Positions 19,771-29,952 of a stretch of 64,000 nt of DNA are shown here, in pieces (position 1 is the first letter of the stretch; every line of letters begins with the position of its first letter). A program made the position numbers and the translations under genes. This DNA is from Coleofasciculus sp. B1-GNL1-01. GTDB lineage: Bacteria > Cyanobacteriota > Cyanobacteriia > Cyanobacteriales > Coleofasciculaceae. The notes under the pieces were generated by a model, which was not told the origin of the DNA, did not search any database, and saw nothing but the letters and a program-made list of their open reading frames with translations. The stretch is taken from the NCBI GenBank assembly GCA_040220235.1, contig JAVJTO010000004.1; one strand, given 5' to 3'.

Positions 19771-19874
19771 TATAGCGCTTCGCTAAGCGTGTATTTACAC
19801 AAAGCGAGATGAATGCTTGATTAGGAGGATTTTAGAACACTTGTACTGTAACTACGCGAGAGCGAACGGCTATA
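19771..19874. mobile_element. ~104-bp MITE-like element with TATAGC...GCTATA termini (family B)
   Basis: Imperfect terminal inverted repeats; shares GCGTGTATTTACA and TGTAACTA blocks with 49114-49219. Confidence 0.6.
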
Positions 19875-19978
19875 ATTTCTAGCTCTCTTGGGGATATTTG
19901 CTCAAATCAAAATTAGTTCTCCCAACGTAATAGAGTTCTTCTAAAACATGCTATTTAATTCTTCCATTTTTATCTTTA

Positions 19979-20965
19979 TTGGGTCAATCACCTATGCTAG
20001 ACCATTTACCTAAGCCTAAGACACTCTCTCTTAAGAACTATCATATTGCGGTTTTGCTTCCATGCCATAACGAAGCATTAACGATTGCCCAAGTCGTAAC
20101 TGAGTTTCAATCTACACTCCCAGAAGCCAAGATTTATGTATACGATAATCATTCAACCGACAATACGGCAGAGCAGGCAATGACGGCAGGTGCTGTGGTT
20201 CGGCATGAGCCTAGGTTAGGCAAGGGTAACGTAATCCGGCGCATGTTTGCTGATATAGAAGCGGACATCTACATCATGGCAGACGGTGATAACACCTATG
20301 AGGTCGCAGCAGTACGTCGATTGGTGCAGCGCCTGTTAGCAGAACAGCTAGATATGGTTATCGGTATGCGTCGCCCTGGGGCGGGAGAAAATGCCGCCTA
20401 CCGTCGTGGTCATCGGGGCGGCAATGCCTTTCTCACAGGCTTGGTGAAATTCCTGTTTGGGGCGCGGCTTTTGGATATGCTTTCTGGCTATCGAGTATTT
20501 TCGCGCCGATTTGTCAAATCATTTCCAGCACTCTCTAGTGGTTTTGAAATTGAAACTGAGTTCACCATACACGCGCTAGAACTGAAAATGGCATTTGCCG
20601 AAGAGCCAACGTTGTACATTGCCCGACTCCCAGGTTCACACAGCAAACTCAAAACCTTTAAAGATGGTTGGCGAGTTTTAGGAACGGCATTATTGTTGTT
20701 TAAAGAAGTTCGACCGTTCCTTTTCTTTGGTATTATTTTTGTCGGGCTTGCCCTGATCTCCCTAATTCTGGGGATTCCTATTGTGAAGACTTTTCTGGAG
20801 ACAGGATTAGTGCCACGGTTCCCCACTGCTATCCTAGCCGCTTCGATTATGTTGCTAGCTTTCCTGAGTCTCACCTGCGGTCTTATCTTGGATTCTGTTG
20901 CTCGTGGACGTCGAGAGGCAAAACGCATTGCCTACCTTGCCCATCCACTACCTGAATTTGACTGA
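19979..20965 (+). CDS. GT2 glycosyltransferase (polyprenol-phosphate glycosyltransferase-like)
   Basis: LLPCHNE, YDNHSTD, GKGNV, DGD, DMLSGYRVFSRRFVKSFP, GFEIETE; two C-terminal TM helices. Confidence 0.88.
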   Translation: MGQSPMLDHLPKPKTLSLKNYHIAVLLPCHNEALTIAQVVTEFQSTLPEAKIYVYDNHSTDNTAEQAMTAGAVVRHEPRLGKGNVIRRMFADIEADIYIMADGDNTYEVAAVRRLVQRLLAEQLDMVIGMRRPGAGENAAYRRGHRGGNAFLTGLVKFLFGARLLDMLSGYRVFSRRFVKSFPALSSGFEIETEFTIHALELKMAFAEEPTLYIARLPGSHSKLKTFKDGWRVLGTALLLFKEVRPFLFFGIIFVGLALISLILGIPIVKTFLETGLVPRFPTAILAASIMLLAFLSLTCGLILDSVARGRREAKRIAYLAHPLPEFD

Positions 20966-21081
20966 CACTATAGCATCGTTATTGCTCAATCAGGTTTAAA
21001 TTGATTAATCATTCAATCTTTGTCAAAATAATTAATCGCCAATTTTAATAGTTAATCAAAAATTGATGCTAATTAATTTCT

Positions 21082-22641
21082 ATGAAAACTTTAACAAAAA
21101 TAATTTTGATTTCCTCACTATGGATTACCGCCGTCAACTCAGGAACGCTTGGTGTTCTCGATACTGATCTGAGATTGCAAATGGCTCATGCCTGGTGGAC
21201 GGGAACGGAAGAAGTACAAGTATCCCCAGATTATCAACTCAAAGTGCGGGGAGATATCCAAGCTGGCGTTATAGGAACGGGTGGAAAGCGTTACATCGCT
21301 TACGAACAGGGGCAGTCTTTACTCATGCTTCCAGGTGACTGGTTGGGAACCCAGTTGCATAGCTTTTTTCCGGAAATACCATCAAAAATAATCCGGGACT
21401 TAACCGTTAACTTCTTAATTTTCATTCCCTTAAATGTGGCTACTGTAGTCGCTTGTTTCTGGTTACTGAGACTTTTTGACATTGAAGAACGAGTTGCCGG
21501 ATTAACCAGTATTTCCTGGCTACTTGGCACGACAGTTTTACATTACGCCCAAGTGCATCAGCATAATAATCAATTGCTGCTATTTACCATCATTGGTTAT
21601 GCAGGTGCTTTAGCTTATGTGCGAAGTGGACGCTCTCGCTTTGTCTTCATCAGCGGACTCGCCTTAGGTGGGGCTGTCTTAATCCGAATTACCAGTATTG
21701 TTCATGCGTTTACCGTCGTCCTTTTTCTAGTCGGGTGTCTGGCGTATCAACGCCGTGACAACCTTCAAGTGATTAAGCAAGTCGGATTATGGATAGTCGG
21801 TTTTATTCCGTTTACGTTACTTGGACGCATTTTTGATTATATCCGCTACGGGAGCTTTTTAGCCACAGGGAAAAGAGTCGAAAAGCAGCAATTAGATACT
21901 GATCCCATGTGGACAGGTTTGCCGGATCTGCCGGATAATTATCCCCTAATCAATGAACCATTGGTAGGAATTATCGGTCCCTTGCTATCACCTGCTAAAA
22001 GCATTTTTGTTTATGATCCCTTACTTATACCCTGTTTAGTATTGGGCATCCTCCTGTGGCGAAAACTGTCACCATTCATGCAGTGGTATCTAGTTACGGG
22101 AGTGTTAAACTTGGGTTTACATCTAGTTGCCTACAGTCGGTTCTTTTTCTGGCATGGGGATCATGCTTGGGCAGCCAGATATCACGTTACCTCTGTCCAT
22201 CTCTTACTCATCCCTCTTTTAGCTTTATTTATACAGCATCTTCTATCGGCGAAGACGTTAAAGGCTTGGTTGATGAGAGGAATCCTGGCAATTGCCATCC
22301 TGGCTCAAATTGCATCGGTGGCAATGCCCATGAACTTAGAAATTTATCAAAAAAAGGTAGGAATGCCAGGAACTCGTTTTGATGCCCGTCTAGCTCAACG
22401 CTTGAATAATATTGTTTGCTTGGTTGATGGGTCTTTCACGGAAGGATGTGTCGAGATGAATCCTAAAAAAAAGGGGTTTGTAGAGCATTTAAACCACGTA
22501 TACTTTTTGCCATTTAACTTGAGAAAAAAAGCCGTAGAAAATCCTGAATTATTAAAACTTTCACAAATTTTGTTAATTTTTTGGATAGTTGTGGTAACTT
22601 TGGCGATTGGGACGACGCTATGGTTCTGTTACGTCGGCTGA
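21082..22641 (+). CDS. Polytopic membrane protein, probable GT-C-type glycosyltransferase
   Basis: Many TM helices; acidic residues in the first periplasmic loop (DTD); late W..RY motif; follows a GT2. Confidence 0.5.
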   Translation: MKTLTKIILISSLWITAVNSGTLGVLDTDLRLQMAHAWWTGTEEVQVSPDYQLKVRGDIQAGVIGTGGKRYIAYEQGQSLLMLPGDWLGTQLHSFFPEIPSKIIRDLTVNFLIFIPLNVATVVACFWLLRLFDIEERVAGLTSISWLLGTTVLHYAQVHQHNNQLLLFTIIGYAGALAYVRSGRSRFVFISGLALGGAVLIRITSIVHAFTVVLFLVGCLAYQRRDNLQVIKQVGLWIVGFIPFTLLGRIFDYIRYGSFLATGKRVEKQQLDTDPMWTGLPDLPDNYPLINEPLVGIIGPLLSPAKSIFVYDPLLIPCLVLGILLWRKLSPFMQWYLVTGVLNLGLHLVAYSRFFFWHGDHAWAARYHVTSVHLLLIPLLALFIQHLLSAKTLKAWLMRGILAIAILAQIASVAMPMNLEIYQKKVGMPGTRFDARLAQRLNNIVCLVDGSFTEGCVEMNPKKKGFVEHLNHVYFLPFNLRKKAVENPELLKLSQILLIFWIVVVTLAIGTTLWFCYVG

Positions 22642-22861
22642 TGAGAGAGGTGTTGGCTTGCTGTTTAAACCGTTCTTAGGAGACTAAATAAGGTATACTA
22701 AATCCCTAGTGAGACCTAATCTCATTCCTCATTGTTAACATTTTGGCTTATTCGGCGGGTTAGCGTAACGGAGGATTGCCTATTGACTGGCAAATTACAT
22801 CGTCTTGATCAATAAAGCTCACTCAATCGTTTATTTTTTTCCATATCGATAAGAATTGGTT

Positions 22862-23200
22862 ATGAACAATCCTCTGGTTCTCAGCGTTCTGATTTTGATA
22901 TCCGTCTCCTTAAACTCCCTCGGTCAAAGCCTTCTAAAACTAGGAGCTGGTCAAAATCCTCTAAATCTTTATCTATTCGGAGGTATTACGGCTTATGCAG
23001 TGAGTACAGTATTTTATGTACTCGTTTTGGGTAAACTTAATTTATCCTTGGTTTATCCCTTAGTTATTGGATTAACTATTACGGCAACCACTTTATCGGG
23101 AGCGATTCTTTTAAAAGAACATGTTCCCTATACCCATTGGGTAGGCATTGGTTTAATATTGAGTGGAATTTGCGCGATCGCTTTTGGCAGGATTTCCTAA
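22862..23200 (+). CDS. SMR/EamA small membrane protein (ArnE/F-like flippase candidate)
   Basis: Four TM helices, GQSLLKLG, LSLVYP, LLKE, WVGIGLILSGI. Confidence 0.7.
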   Translation: MNNPLVLSVLILISVSLNSLGQSLLKLGAGQNPLNLYLFGGITAYAVSTVFYVLVLGKLNLSLVYPLVIGLTITATTLSGAILLKEHVPYTHWVGIGLILSGICAIAFGRIS

Positions 23201-23457
23201 ACGGATTCAAGTGAAAAGATAGTGAATGTTTATTAGTAGACCCTAGAAATAAAGCTTCCCTTACAGAGAAAGCTTACATCATTCTATTAATAAGCTGAAA
23301 TTTTCCCTACACCCCACACCTATTACCCACGCCCAAGATGCTATGAAAAACAAGATAAACAAAAGTTTGCCCCTAAAAATTATCTGTGTTACATTCTTTC
23401 GGAGAATTGCTATCATTCAAAAATTCAGGCTCAATTTGGAAAACTAGGACTTGAGAA

Positions 23458-24468
23458 ATGGCGGATTCATTATCGTTTGAGACCTATCAAGCAAAAATCC
23501 TTTCACCAAATCCACTGGCGTTATCGGTGGTTGTCCCTATTTACAATGAAGTCGCTAGCATACCTCACCTGGTTGACGCTGTAGCAACCAGTTTAAGTGC
23601 CAATCAGCTTTCCTACGAAATCGTTTGTGTCGATGATGGTTCCCAAGATGGTTCCACAGAACTTCTCCTGGAATTAGCACGCAGCCGCCCGGACTTAAAA
23701 GCGGTGATTCTCCGCCGAAACTATGGTCAAACCGCCGCCATGTCAGCCGGATTTAAATATGCTCAAGGTCGCGTTATTGTGATGATAGATGGTGATTTAC
23801 AAAATGATCCGGCTGATATTCCCGCCTTACTCGCCAAGATGGAAGAAGGGTATGATTTAGTCAGTGGTTGGCGCAAAGAACGACAAGATGCAGCTTTAAC
23901 TCGACTCCTCCCCTCTAAAATTGCCAATTGGCTAATTGGGAAAGTGACTGGTGTCAAATTACATGACTATGGTTGTTCCCTAAAAGCCTACCGTTCTGAA
24001 CTGGTGGCGGATATGCATCTCTATGGTGAGTTACATCGATTTCTACCGGCGTTAGCCTATATTGAGGGAGCAAGAATTACGGAAATTCCTGTGCGACATC
24101 ATGCCCGTCGCTACGGTCAAAGTAAGTATGGCTTAGGACGAACATTTCGTGTAATTATGGATTTAGTTACCGTATTTTTCATGAAGAAATTTCTCACTCG
24201 TCCCATGCATGTCTTTGGATTATTCGGCTTGCTTTCCTTCGGTGTGGGATTGTTTTTAGGGCTATATTTAACCGTACTTAAACTAGGGTTTGGGCAGAAT
24301 ATTGGTGACCGACCTTTACTGATTTTAGCTGTTGTCCTTCTGTTAGCAGGAGTCCAGTTATTTAGTTTTGGTCTATTAGCAGAAGTGTTAATGCGAACCT
24401 ATCACGAGTCCCAAGGGCGACCAATTTATCGAGTGCGGGAAGTAATAGGAGGAATGAAGGATGTGTAG
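23458..24468 (+). CDS. GT2 glycosyltransferase (ArnC/DPM-like)
   Basis: SVVVPIYNE, VDDGSQD, RNYGQTAA, DGDLQNDP, LHDYGCSLKAYR, GELHRFLP. Confidence 0.9.
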   Translation: MADSLSFETYQAKILSPNPLALSVVVPIYNEVASIPHLVDAVATSLSANQLSYEIVCVDDGSQDGSTELLLELARSRPDLKAVILRRNYGQTAAMSAGFKYAQGRVIVMIDGDLQNDPADIPALLAKMEEGYDLVSGWRKERQDAALTRLLPSKIANWLIGKVTGVKLHDYGCSLKAYRSELVADMHLYGELHRFLPALAYIEGARITEIPVRHHARRYGQSKYGLGRTFRVIMDLVTVFFMKKFLTRPMHVFGLFGLLSFGVGLFLGLYLTVLKLGFGQNIGDRPLLILAVVLLLAGVQLFSFGLLAEVLMRTYHESQGRPIYRVREVIGGMKDV

Positions 24469-24538
24469 GGTGTGGGGCGGGGGGAACGATTGAACCCGCT
24501 CTAACTTCCGTTGATTCACCTGCTTCAGGATCATTGAT

Positions 24539-25474
24539 TTATTTTCCCGAAATCCCTTGCATACGTTCACTTAAAGTTGCCAGTCCAGCAGCGCTCATTT
24601 CTGCCAGAATACTGACCAAGCGAAATAGGGCAATACCCGTAAGGATGAGACCTTTAGGCAACTGCTGATCCAAAAGTGCGATCGCGGTGGCTTCAAATAC
24701 CCCTAAACCGCCAGGTGCCCCAGGTACGACTAATCCCGTTAACCAGGCAAAACTAAACGCACTCAGTAATGGCAGAATCTGATTGGGAGTAATTGAGCCT
24801 ACCGCCAGTAAGGTAAATAAAAATCCGGTTCCCCGAAATCCCAAAAAGCCGATTTCACCCAACAACGGCAATAAGGGATAGTGTTTAATCGGAAACTCTT
24901 GCGTATCTTGAATTTTCTTAAATCGGCTTAAGCGTTGAACAATAGGATTAAGAACTCGCGGATGAACTCCCAGCAACACCACGGCTAAACCCACAAATTT
25001 TAAACCCCATATTCGGCTATCAGACGCCATATTCACCCAACCCAATCCACCACTAATTAAGGCAATCGCTAACGCAGAAGCTGCCATTAACAGGGGTTCG
25101 AGCAACACGCTGATACTAGCAGCCCCCACGGAACCTCCTGCGCCCATGACAGCGGAAATTCGACCGTAGAAATGCCATACATTGCCGGGTAAATATTTAG
25201 CAACATTTGTTTTCAGATAAACTTGCAGCGCCTGACGCTGTCCAATAGGTTGTTTAAATGCCTTGAGAATCCACGTCCAAACCCAACCCGACCAAATATG
25301 TGCCAGAAGCGTGACCAAGACTGCGATCGCTAGCATTGTCCAACCCTGGGGATCAATGCGAATTCCAGTAATGTCTCGCCAATGATCTTTAAAAGCTTTG
25401 GCGATAAAAAATAGCGTCCCGCCCAGAATGACCCAGCGAATGTAGGGTTTTATCGATGACCAGACTTTTTTCAT
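24539..25474 (-). CDS. Lysylphosphatidylglycerol-synthase TM-domain (UPF0104, flippase-like) protein
   Basis: KYLPGNVW, PGAPGGLGVFE, FRLVSI motifs. Confidence 0.8.
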   Translation of the reverse strand: MKKVWSSIKPYIRWVILGGTLFFIAKAFKDHWRDITGIRIDPQGWTMLAIAVLVTLLAHIWSGWVWTWILKAFKQPIGQRQALQVYLKTNVAKYLPGNVWHFYGRISAVMGAGGSVGAASISVLLEPLLMAASALAIALISGGLGWVNMASDSRIWGLKFVGLAVVLLGVHPRVLNPIVQRLSRFKKIQDTQEFPIKHYPLLPLLGEIGFLGFRGTGFLFTLLAVGSITPNQILPLLSAFSFAWLTGLVVPGAPGGLGVFEATAIALLDQQLPKGLILTGIALFRLVSILAEMSAAGLATLSERMQGISGK

Positions 25475-25540
25475 GGGCTAGGGGAGAAGCAGGGGAAGCA
25501 GAGGGAGATGGGGGAGATGAGGGAAGCTAGGGGAAATGTT

Positions 25541-25603
25541 GTAGGGGCGGGTTTGACTACTATCTTTTCGGTTACACCCAGATGCAACTAAACCCGCCCC
25601 TAC
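25541..25603. repeat. 63-bp REP doublet (REPIN-like)
   Basis: Perfect 14-bp arms GTAGGGGCGGGTTT/AAACCCGCCCCTAC. Confidence 0.85.
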
Positions 25604-25667
25604 TTAACGAAGGACAAATGACAAATGACAGACAAATGACAAATGACAAAGGACGAATGACAAACCC

Positions 25668-26963
25668 CTATTTACTGCTGGAATCAGCTAGCTTGGCTAT
25701 GGATTCTTCAACGATTGTAGCGGCTGCATCCACTTCTTCCGCCGAGACAATCAAAGGCGGGACAAAGCGCACCACCTTCGGACCTGCGGGTACTAGCAAC
25801 AATCCTTGCTCCATCGCCGCTTTCGCCACATCCACTGCTGTAAATTCTACATCCGCATTCAACTCCATTCCATTAATCAGTCCCCAACCGCGCACCTCAT
25901 TAATGAGCTGGGGATAGTTCATCGCGATCGCTCTTAAACGAGTCCGTAACTGTTCACCCCGTTGCTGAACATTGTGCAGAATATCGTCCCGTTCCAACGT
26001 TTGAGCCACGGTTAAAGCCGTCGCACAAGCCAAAGGATTCCCGCCAAAGGTACTCGCGTGATCCCCAGGTTGAAACACATTACAGAATTGCTTACACAAC
26101 ATCGCCCCAATCGGAACACCACCCGCTAATCCCTTCGCGCTAGTAAAAATATCGGGTTCAATCCCTAGATTCTCATATCCCCAATACTTACCCGTGCGAC
26201 CCATACCGACTTGTACTTCATCTAAAATCAGCAAGATACCCGTTTCGTCACAAATTTTCCGTAAGCGCAGGAAGTACTCCAACTCGCCGGGACGCACACC
26301 CCCTTCTCCTTGCAGGGGTTCAAGCATCACTGCGGCTACTCGTTGATCCCCTTCATCCAATTCTCCGATCGCATCTTCCAAAGCACCGATATCGTTATAC
26401 GGCACATAATAGAATCCCGGCACCAAGGGGTCAAAATTTTTCTGATACTTGGGCTGACCCGTAGCTGTAATCGTCGCTAACGTGCGTCCATGGAAACTGG
26501 CATTCGCAGTCAAAATTACAGGTTTCTCAATCTCTAGAACCGTGTGGGCGTATTTCCGAGCCAATTTAATCGCCCCTTCATTCGCCTCCGCTCCAGAGTT
26601 ACAGAAAAAGACGCGATCGGCACAGGAATGCTCAATCATCCACTGAGCTAATTCTCCTTGAGGGGGAATATAGTAAAGATTAGAAACATGGTGCAGGGTT
26701 TTGATTTGCTGCGTCACCGTTTCGATCAGAGCCGGATGAGCGTGACCCAAGGTACAGGTAGCGATCCCAGCGACAAAATCGAGATAATCACGTCCGGCTG
26801 TATCCCAAACTCGACAACCCGTACCCCGTTCTAGGGCGATGGGGAAGCGATTATATGTTCCCATCACGTTAGTATCGAAGTTGCTGGGATTGTATGCAGT
26901 CGATACACCCTCTGCTGATTCAGCAGGAATTCCGGGATTCTCGACGAGAGTTGGTTTGGTCAC
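25668..26963 (-). CDS. argD: Acetylornithine aminotransferase
   Basis: YLDFVAGIA, FFCNSGAEANE, SFHGRT, EPLQGEGG, DEVQVGMGRTG, SAKGLAGG, HASTFGGNP. Confidence 0.92.
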   Translation of the reverse strand: MTKPTLVENPGIPAESAEGVSTAYNPSNFDTNVMGTYNRFPIALERGTGCRVWDTAGRDYLDFVAGIATCTLGHAHPALIETVTQQIKTLHHVSNLYYIPPQGELAQWMIEHSCADRVFFCNSGAEANEGAIKLARKYAHTVLEIEKPVILTANASFHGRTLATITATGQPKYQKNFDPLVPGFYYVPYNDIGALEDAIGELDEGDQRVAAVMLEPLQGEGGVRPGELEYFLRLRKICDETGILLILDEVQVGMGRTGKYWGYENLGIEPDIFTSAKGLAGGVPIGAMLCKQFCNVFQPGDHASTFGGNPLACATALTVAQTLERDDILHNVQQRGEQLRTRLRAIAMNYPQLINEVRGWGLINGMELNADVEFTAVDVAKAAMEQGLLLVPAGPKVVRFVPPLIVSAEEVDAAATIVEESIAKLADSSSK

Positions 26964-27532
26964 GAATATTATCTCCTAATTTGATTGATCATTTTTCAGG
27001 AAACAGGGAACAGGGAATACATAATGTTGGATCGGGCGGGTTAGTGACATTAGGGCAAAGTATCAAAATATAACAACAATATGATCAATTCAATCTCCCC
27101 CAGCTCCCAGACGCGCCATGGCACGTCTCTACATCTCCCCCAGCTCCCTCTGCTTCCCCAGCTCCCTCTGCTTATTTTCACCCGATCGGTAGAGAGTAAA
27201 ACAGCCACCTGTATGAGATTCTGTATATAGCCCATTGAGTTTGCCGCTATAATCCATACATCTATGCTGTTCAATATTTTGTAATCAGGGCAACAACTAG
27301 CCAAATTGCTTCTGGTAGCCTTAGAATCAGTATTTTCTAATCCTAAACATAGAGAAGGTATCGAGATGGGGGTGCGCCTTGAATAGCGACTCTCACTCAA
27401 ATCATCTCTTATGTTGTGTTGAGCTGTACAGCCCGTAGCTACAGCCAGTGTTGAAAAATTTTCATTGACAGTACCCATTTATATTCAGTCCATCTGCCCA
27501 ATCTGTCTAGTTCAATCTATCTAACTGACCGA

Positions 27533-28711
27533 TTGCCTAAAAACCCAATCACAAGCTTTCATAACACTCCTACTTCAAACCTAACTATGACTATCGCACA
27601 ATTGAACCCAACTGCTACTCGTCAGTTTACAGAAGATACGGATTTTTCTCACCCTCAGAGTGAGCAAATCTCAGATAATGACCAAAATCAGGTCGAAGTC
27701 GAATTTTCCGAAACAGAGACTCGTGCCGGAAAAAGCCGACAATCTGGCTACCATAAAACTAGCTCTGATGATACAGTAGGAGCATTCTTCAAGGAGATGG
27801 CGCGTTACCCCTTGCTGAAGCCAGAAGAAGAGATTGAGTTAGCCACTCAGGTTCAATTCCTGGTAGAAATGGACGAAATGACTGAACGCTTGCACCAAGA
27901 GTTGGGACGCAAACCAACGAACGCTGAACTGGCTCAAGCTTTAGATCTGACCGAACGTCAATTTGAAAATCGTCTCTACCGAGGACAGATATCGAAGCGT
28001 AAAATGATTCGTTCCAACTTACGCTTAGTCGTTTCCATCGCCAAACGTTATCTTAACCGGGGAGTTCCTTTCCTGGATTTGATTCAAGAAGGCGCATTAG
28101 GACTCAATCGGGCGGCGGAGAAGTTCGATCCCGCCAAAGGTTACAAATTCTCCACCTATGCCTATTGGTGGATTCGTCAGGCGATTACCCGTACCATTGC
28201 CAATGACGCCCGCACGATTCGCTTACCGATTCACATTGTCGAAAAGCTGAATAAGCTGAAAAAAGTGCAGCGGGAACTCAAGCAGAAACTGCAACGGACT
28301 CCCAACGAAACCGAACTCGCAGAAGCCTTAGACATTAGCCGCACTAGCTTGCGTCAGTTGTTACAATTACGTCGGCGATCGCTCTCTCTCAACCATCGCG
28401 TGGGTAAAGGCGAAGATACAGAACTCGTGGATTTGCTGGAAGACAACGATCTGCACTTGCCCGAACAGCAGATGAGCGAATCGATGATGCGTCAAGAGAT
28501 TTCCGATGTCTTGAGTGATGTTCTCACCGAACGGGAAAAGGATGTCATTTCTCTACGCTATGGATTAGCGACGCCTGAATCCTACACCTTAGAGGAAGTG
28601 GGCAGCATGTTCAACCTTTCCCGCGAACGAGTCCGTCAGATTCAGAGTAAAGCCATGCGGAAGCTGCGCCGTCCTCAAGTTGCTCGCCGCTTACAAGGGT
28701 GGTTAAGTTAG
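27533..28711 (+). CDS. sigE: Group 2 sigma70 factor, SigE-like (start may be ATG 27587)
   Basis: DTVGAFFKEMARYPLL region 1.2 characteristic of cyanobacterial SigE; NLRLVVSIAK, GYKFSTYAYWWIRQ, LSRERVRQI. Confidence 0.8.
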   Translation: MPKNPITSFHNTPTSNLTMTIAQLNPTATRQFTEDTDFSHPQSEQISDNDQNQVEVEFSETETRAGKSRQSGYHKTSSDDTVGAFFKEMARYPLLKPEEEIELATQVQFLVEMDEMTERLHQELGRKPTNAELAQALDLTERQFENRLYRGQISKRKMIRSNLRLVVSIAKRYLNRGVPFLDLIQEGALGLNRAAEKFDPAKGYKFSTYAYWWIRQAITRTIANDARTIRLPIHIVEKLNKLKKVQRELKQKLQRTPNETELAEALDISRTSLRQLLQLRRRSLSLNHRVGKGEDTELVDLLEDNDLHLPEQQMSESMMRQEISDVLSDVLTEREKDVISLRYGLATPESYTLEEVGSMFNLSRERVRQIQSKAMRKLRRPQVARRLQGWLS

Positions 28712-28774
28712 GATTGGTTTTGTAGTAAGCGCTTCAGCGCTGATGGCACGCTTCGTGCCAACTACGAACGAACA

Positions 28775-29272
28775 ATGAGCAAGCTAAAGATACGACCCGC
28801 TACCCCAACAGATGTGCCAGTGCTGTTTGAACTCATTCAAGCACTGGCTGAGTATGAGAAGCTGTCTCACCTAGTCACAGGGACGATGGACGCTCTCCAC
28901 GACCACCTGTTTGGGGCTAATCCTTATGTTGAGGCAATTCTGGCAGAGTATGAGGGGCAGACGGTAGGCTTTGCCCTGTTTTTCTCTAACTATTCCACCT
29001 TTTTAACCAAACCGGGCATTTACATCGAAGATTTATTCGTGCGCCCGGAGTTTCGGCGTCAGGGTATCGGGAAGGCGTTACTAACCTATGTTGCCCAACT
29101 AGCGGTAGAACGGGATTGTGGACGCTTAGAGTGGTCAGTCTTGGACTGGAATGAACCTGCGATCGCGTTTTATCAGCGCCTCGGTGCTAAAGTGCTACCC
29201 GACTGGCGCATTTGCCGAGTCACAGGTGATGCACTTCCCCAACTAGCGACACAAACCTTATATAATCATTAA
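28775..29272 (+). CDS. GNAT N-acetyltransferase (diamine acetyltransferase-like)
   Basis: LAEYEK, YSTF, IYIEDLFV, RRQGIG, LEWSVLDWNEPAI.FY. Confidence 0.9.
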   Translation: MSKLKIRPATPTDVPVLFELIQALAEYEKLSHLVTGTMDALHDHLFGANPYVEAILAEYEGQTVGFALFFSNYSTFLTKPGIYIEDLFVRPEFRRQGIGKALLTYVAQLAVERDCGRLEWSVLDWNEPAIAFYQRLGAKVLPDWRICRVTGDALPQLATQTLYNH

Positions 29273-29418
29273 ACTCGTTGACAACTTATGTCGCCAAAGC
29301 TAATGAAATATCAAAAACTGTGTTTTTCCTCTTGCCGTCAGTGATCCCAGTCTTTTACAAAAATAAGTAGATTTACTTAAGATTGTGATTAACTGTTTCA
29401 GGGAATGAGGAGAACATC

Positions 29419-29622
29419 ATGATTTGGGTGAATGAACAGGTCGATCCGGGAGGTTTGATTTATTCCTGTATCGCTTGTTGTGACGAGGCTCAAGCCAAAG
29501 ACTGCCATGAATCGTTCCAGCAGAACTTGACAGAGGAGCAAAAATCAGCAGGTTGGGTAGCGCGTCTGAGAACTGTCAGTTCCTGGGATGAGGTGCCAGT
29601 CAATGCGTTGAAGCTGGACTGA
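29419..29622 (+). CDS. Small conserved-looking cyanobacterial hypothetical protein
   Basis: GAGGAG RBS; WVNEQ.DP.G...CIA...SWDEVPVNALKL. Confidence 0.65.
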   Translation: MIWVNEQVDPGGLIYSCIACCDEAQAKDCHESFQQNLTEEQKSAGWVARLRTVSSWDEVPVNALKLD

Positions 29623-29692
29623 GGAGATCTGTATAATCTGGGATTGTCGGGGCATGGGCGAAAATAGGAAGGCTATCACCCTTGATTCTCCT

Positions 29693-29753
29693 GTAGGGGC
29701 GACCCGCTTGCACAAATCAACAACTGTGTCCACTCAATTGGCTCGGGTCGCCC
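29693..29753. repeat. REP doublet GTAGGGGCGACCCG...CGGGTCGCCC
   Basis: Inverted arms; related copy at 52331-52393. Confidence 0.75.
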
Positions 29754-29887
29754 TGGACTCAACTTAAGTTGACATCAATGATCAAGGTGCGCTTATACAA
29801 ATCCGTCAATGCCCACTCCAATTGGACTTTAAGGTTATTGGCATTTGTACAAAATATCATTAGCATCAAAAGATTGAAGCAAAGCAA

Positions 29888-29952
29888 CCAAATGACCAAT
29901 GACCAATGACCAATGACCAATGACCAATGACCAATGACCAATGACCAATGAC
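29888..29952. repeat. STRR heptamer run (CAATGAC)n ending in the wzm start codon
   Basis: About 8-9 tandem aatgacc units. Confidence 0.85.

Noticed and set aside
25582..25917. Plus-strand 111-aa ORF
   Set aside because: STRR translation plus antisense of argD
27050..27478. 142-aa minus-strand ORF upstream of sigE
   Set aside because: Runs through REP and 9-nt repeats; no protein-like signature
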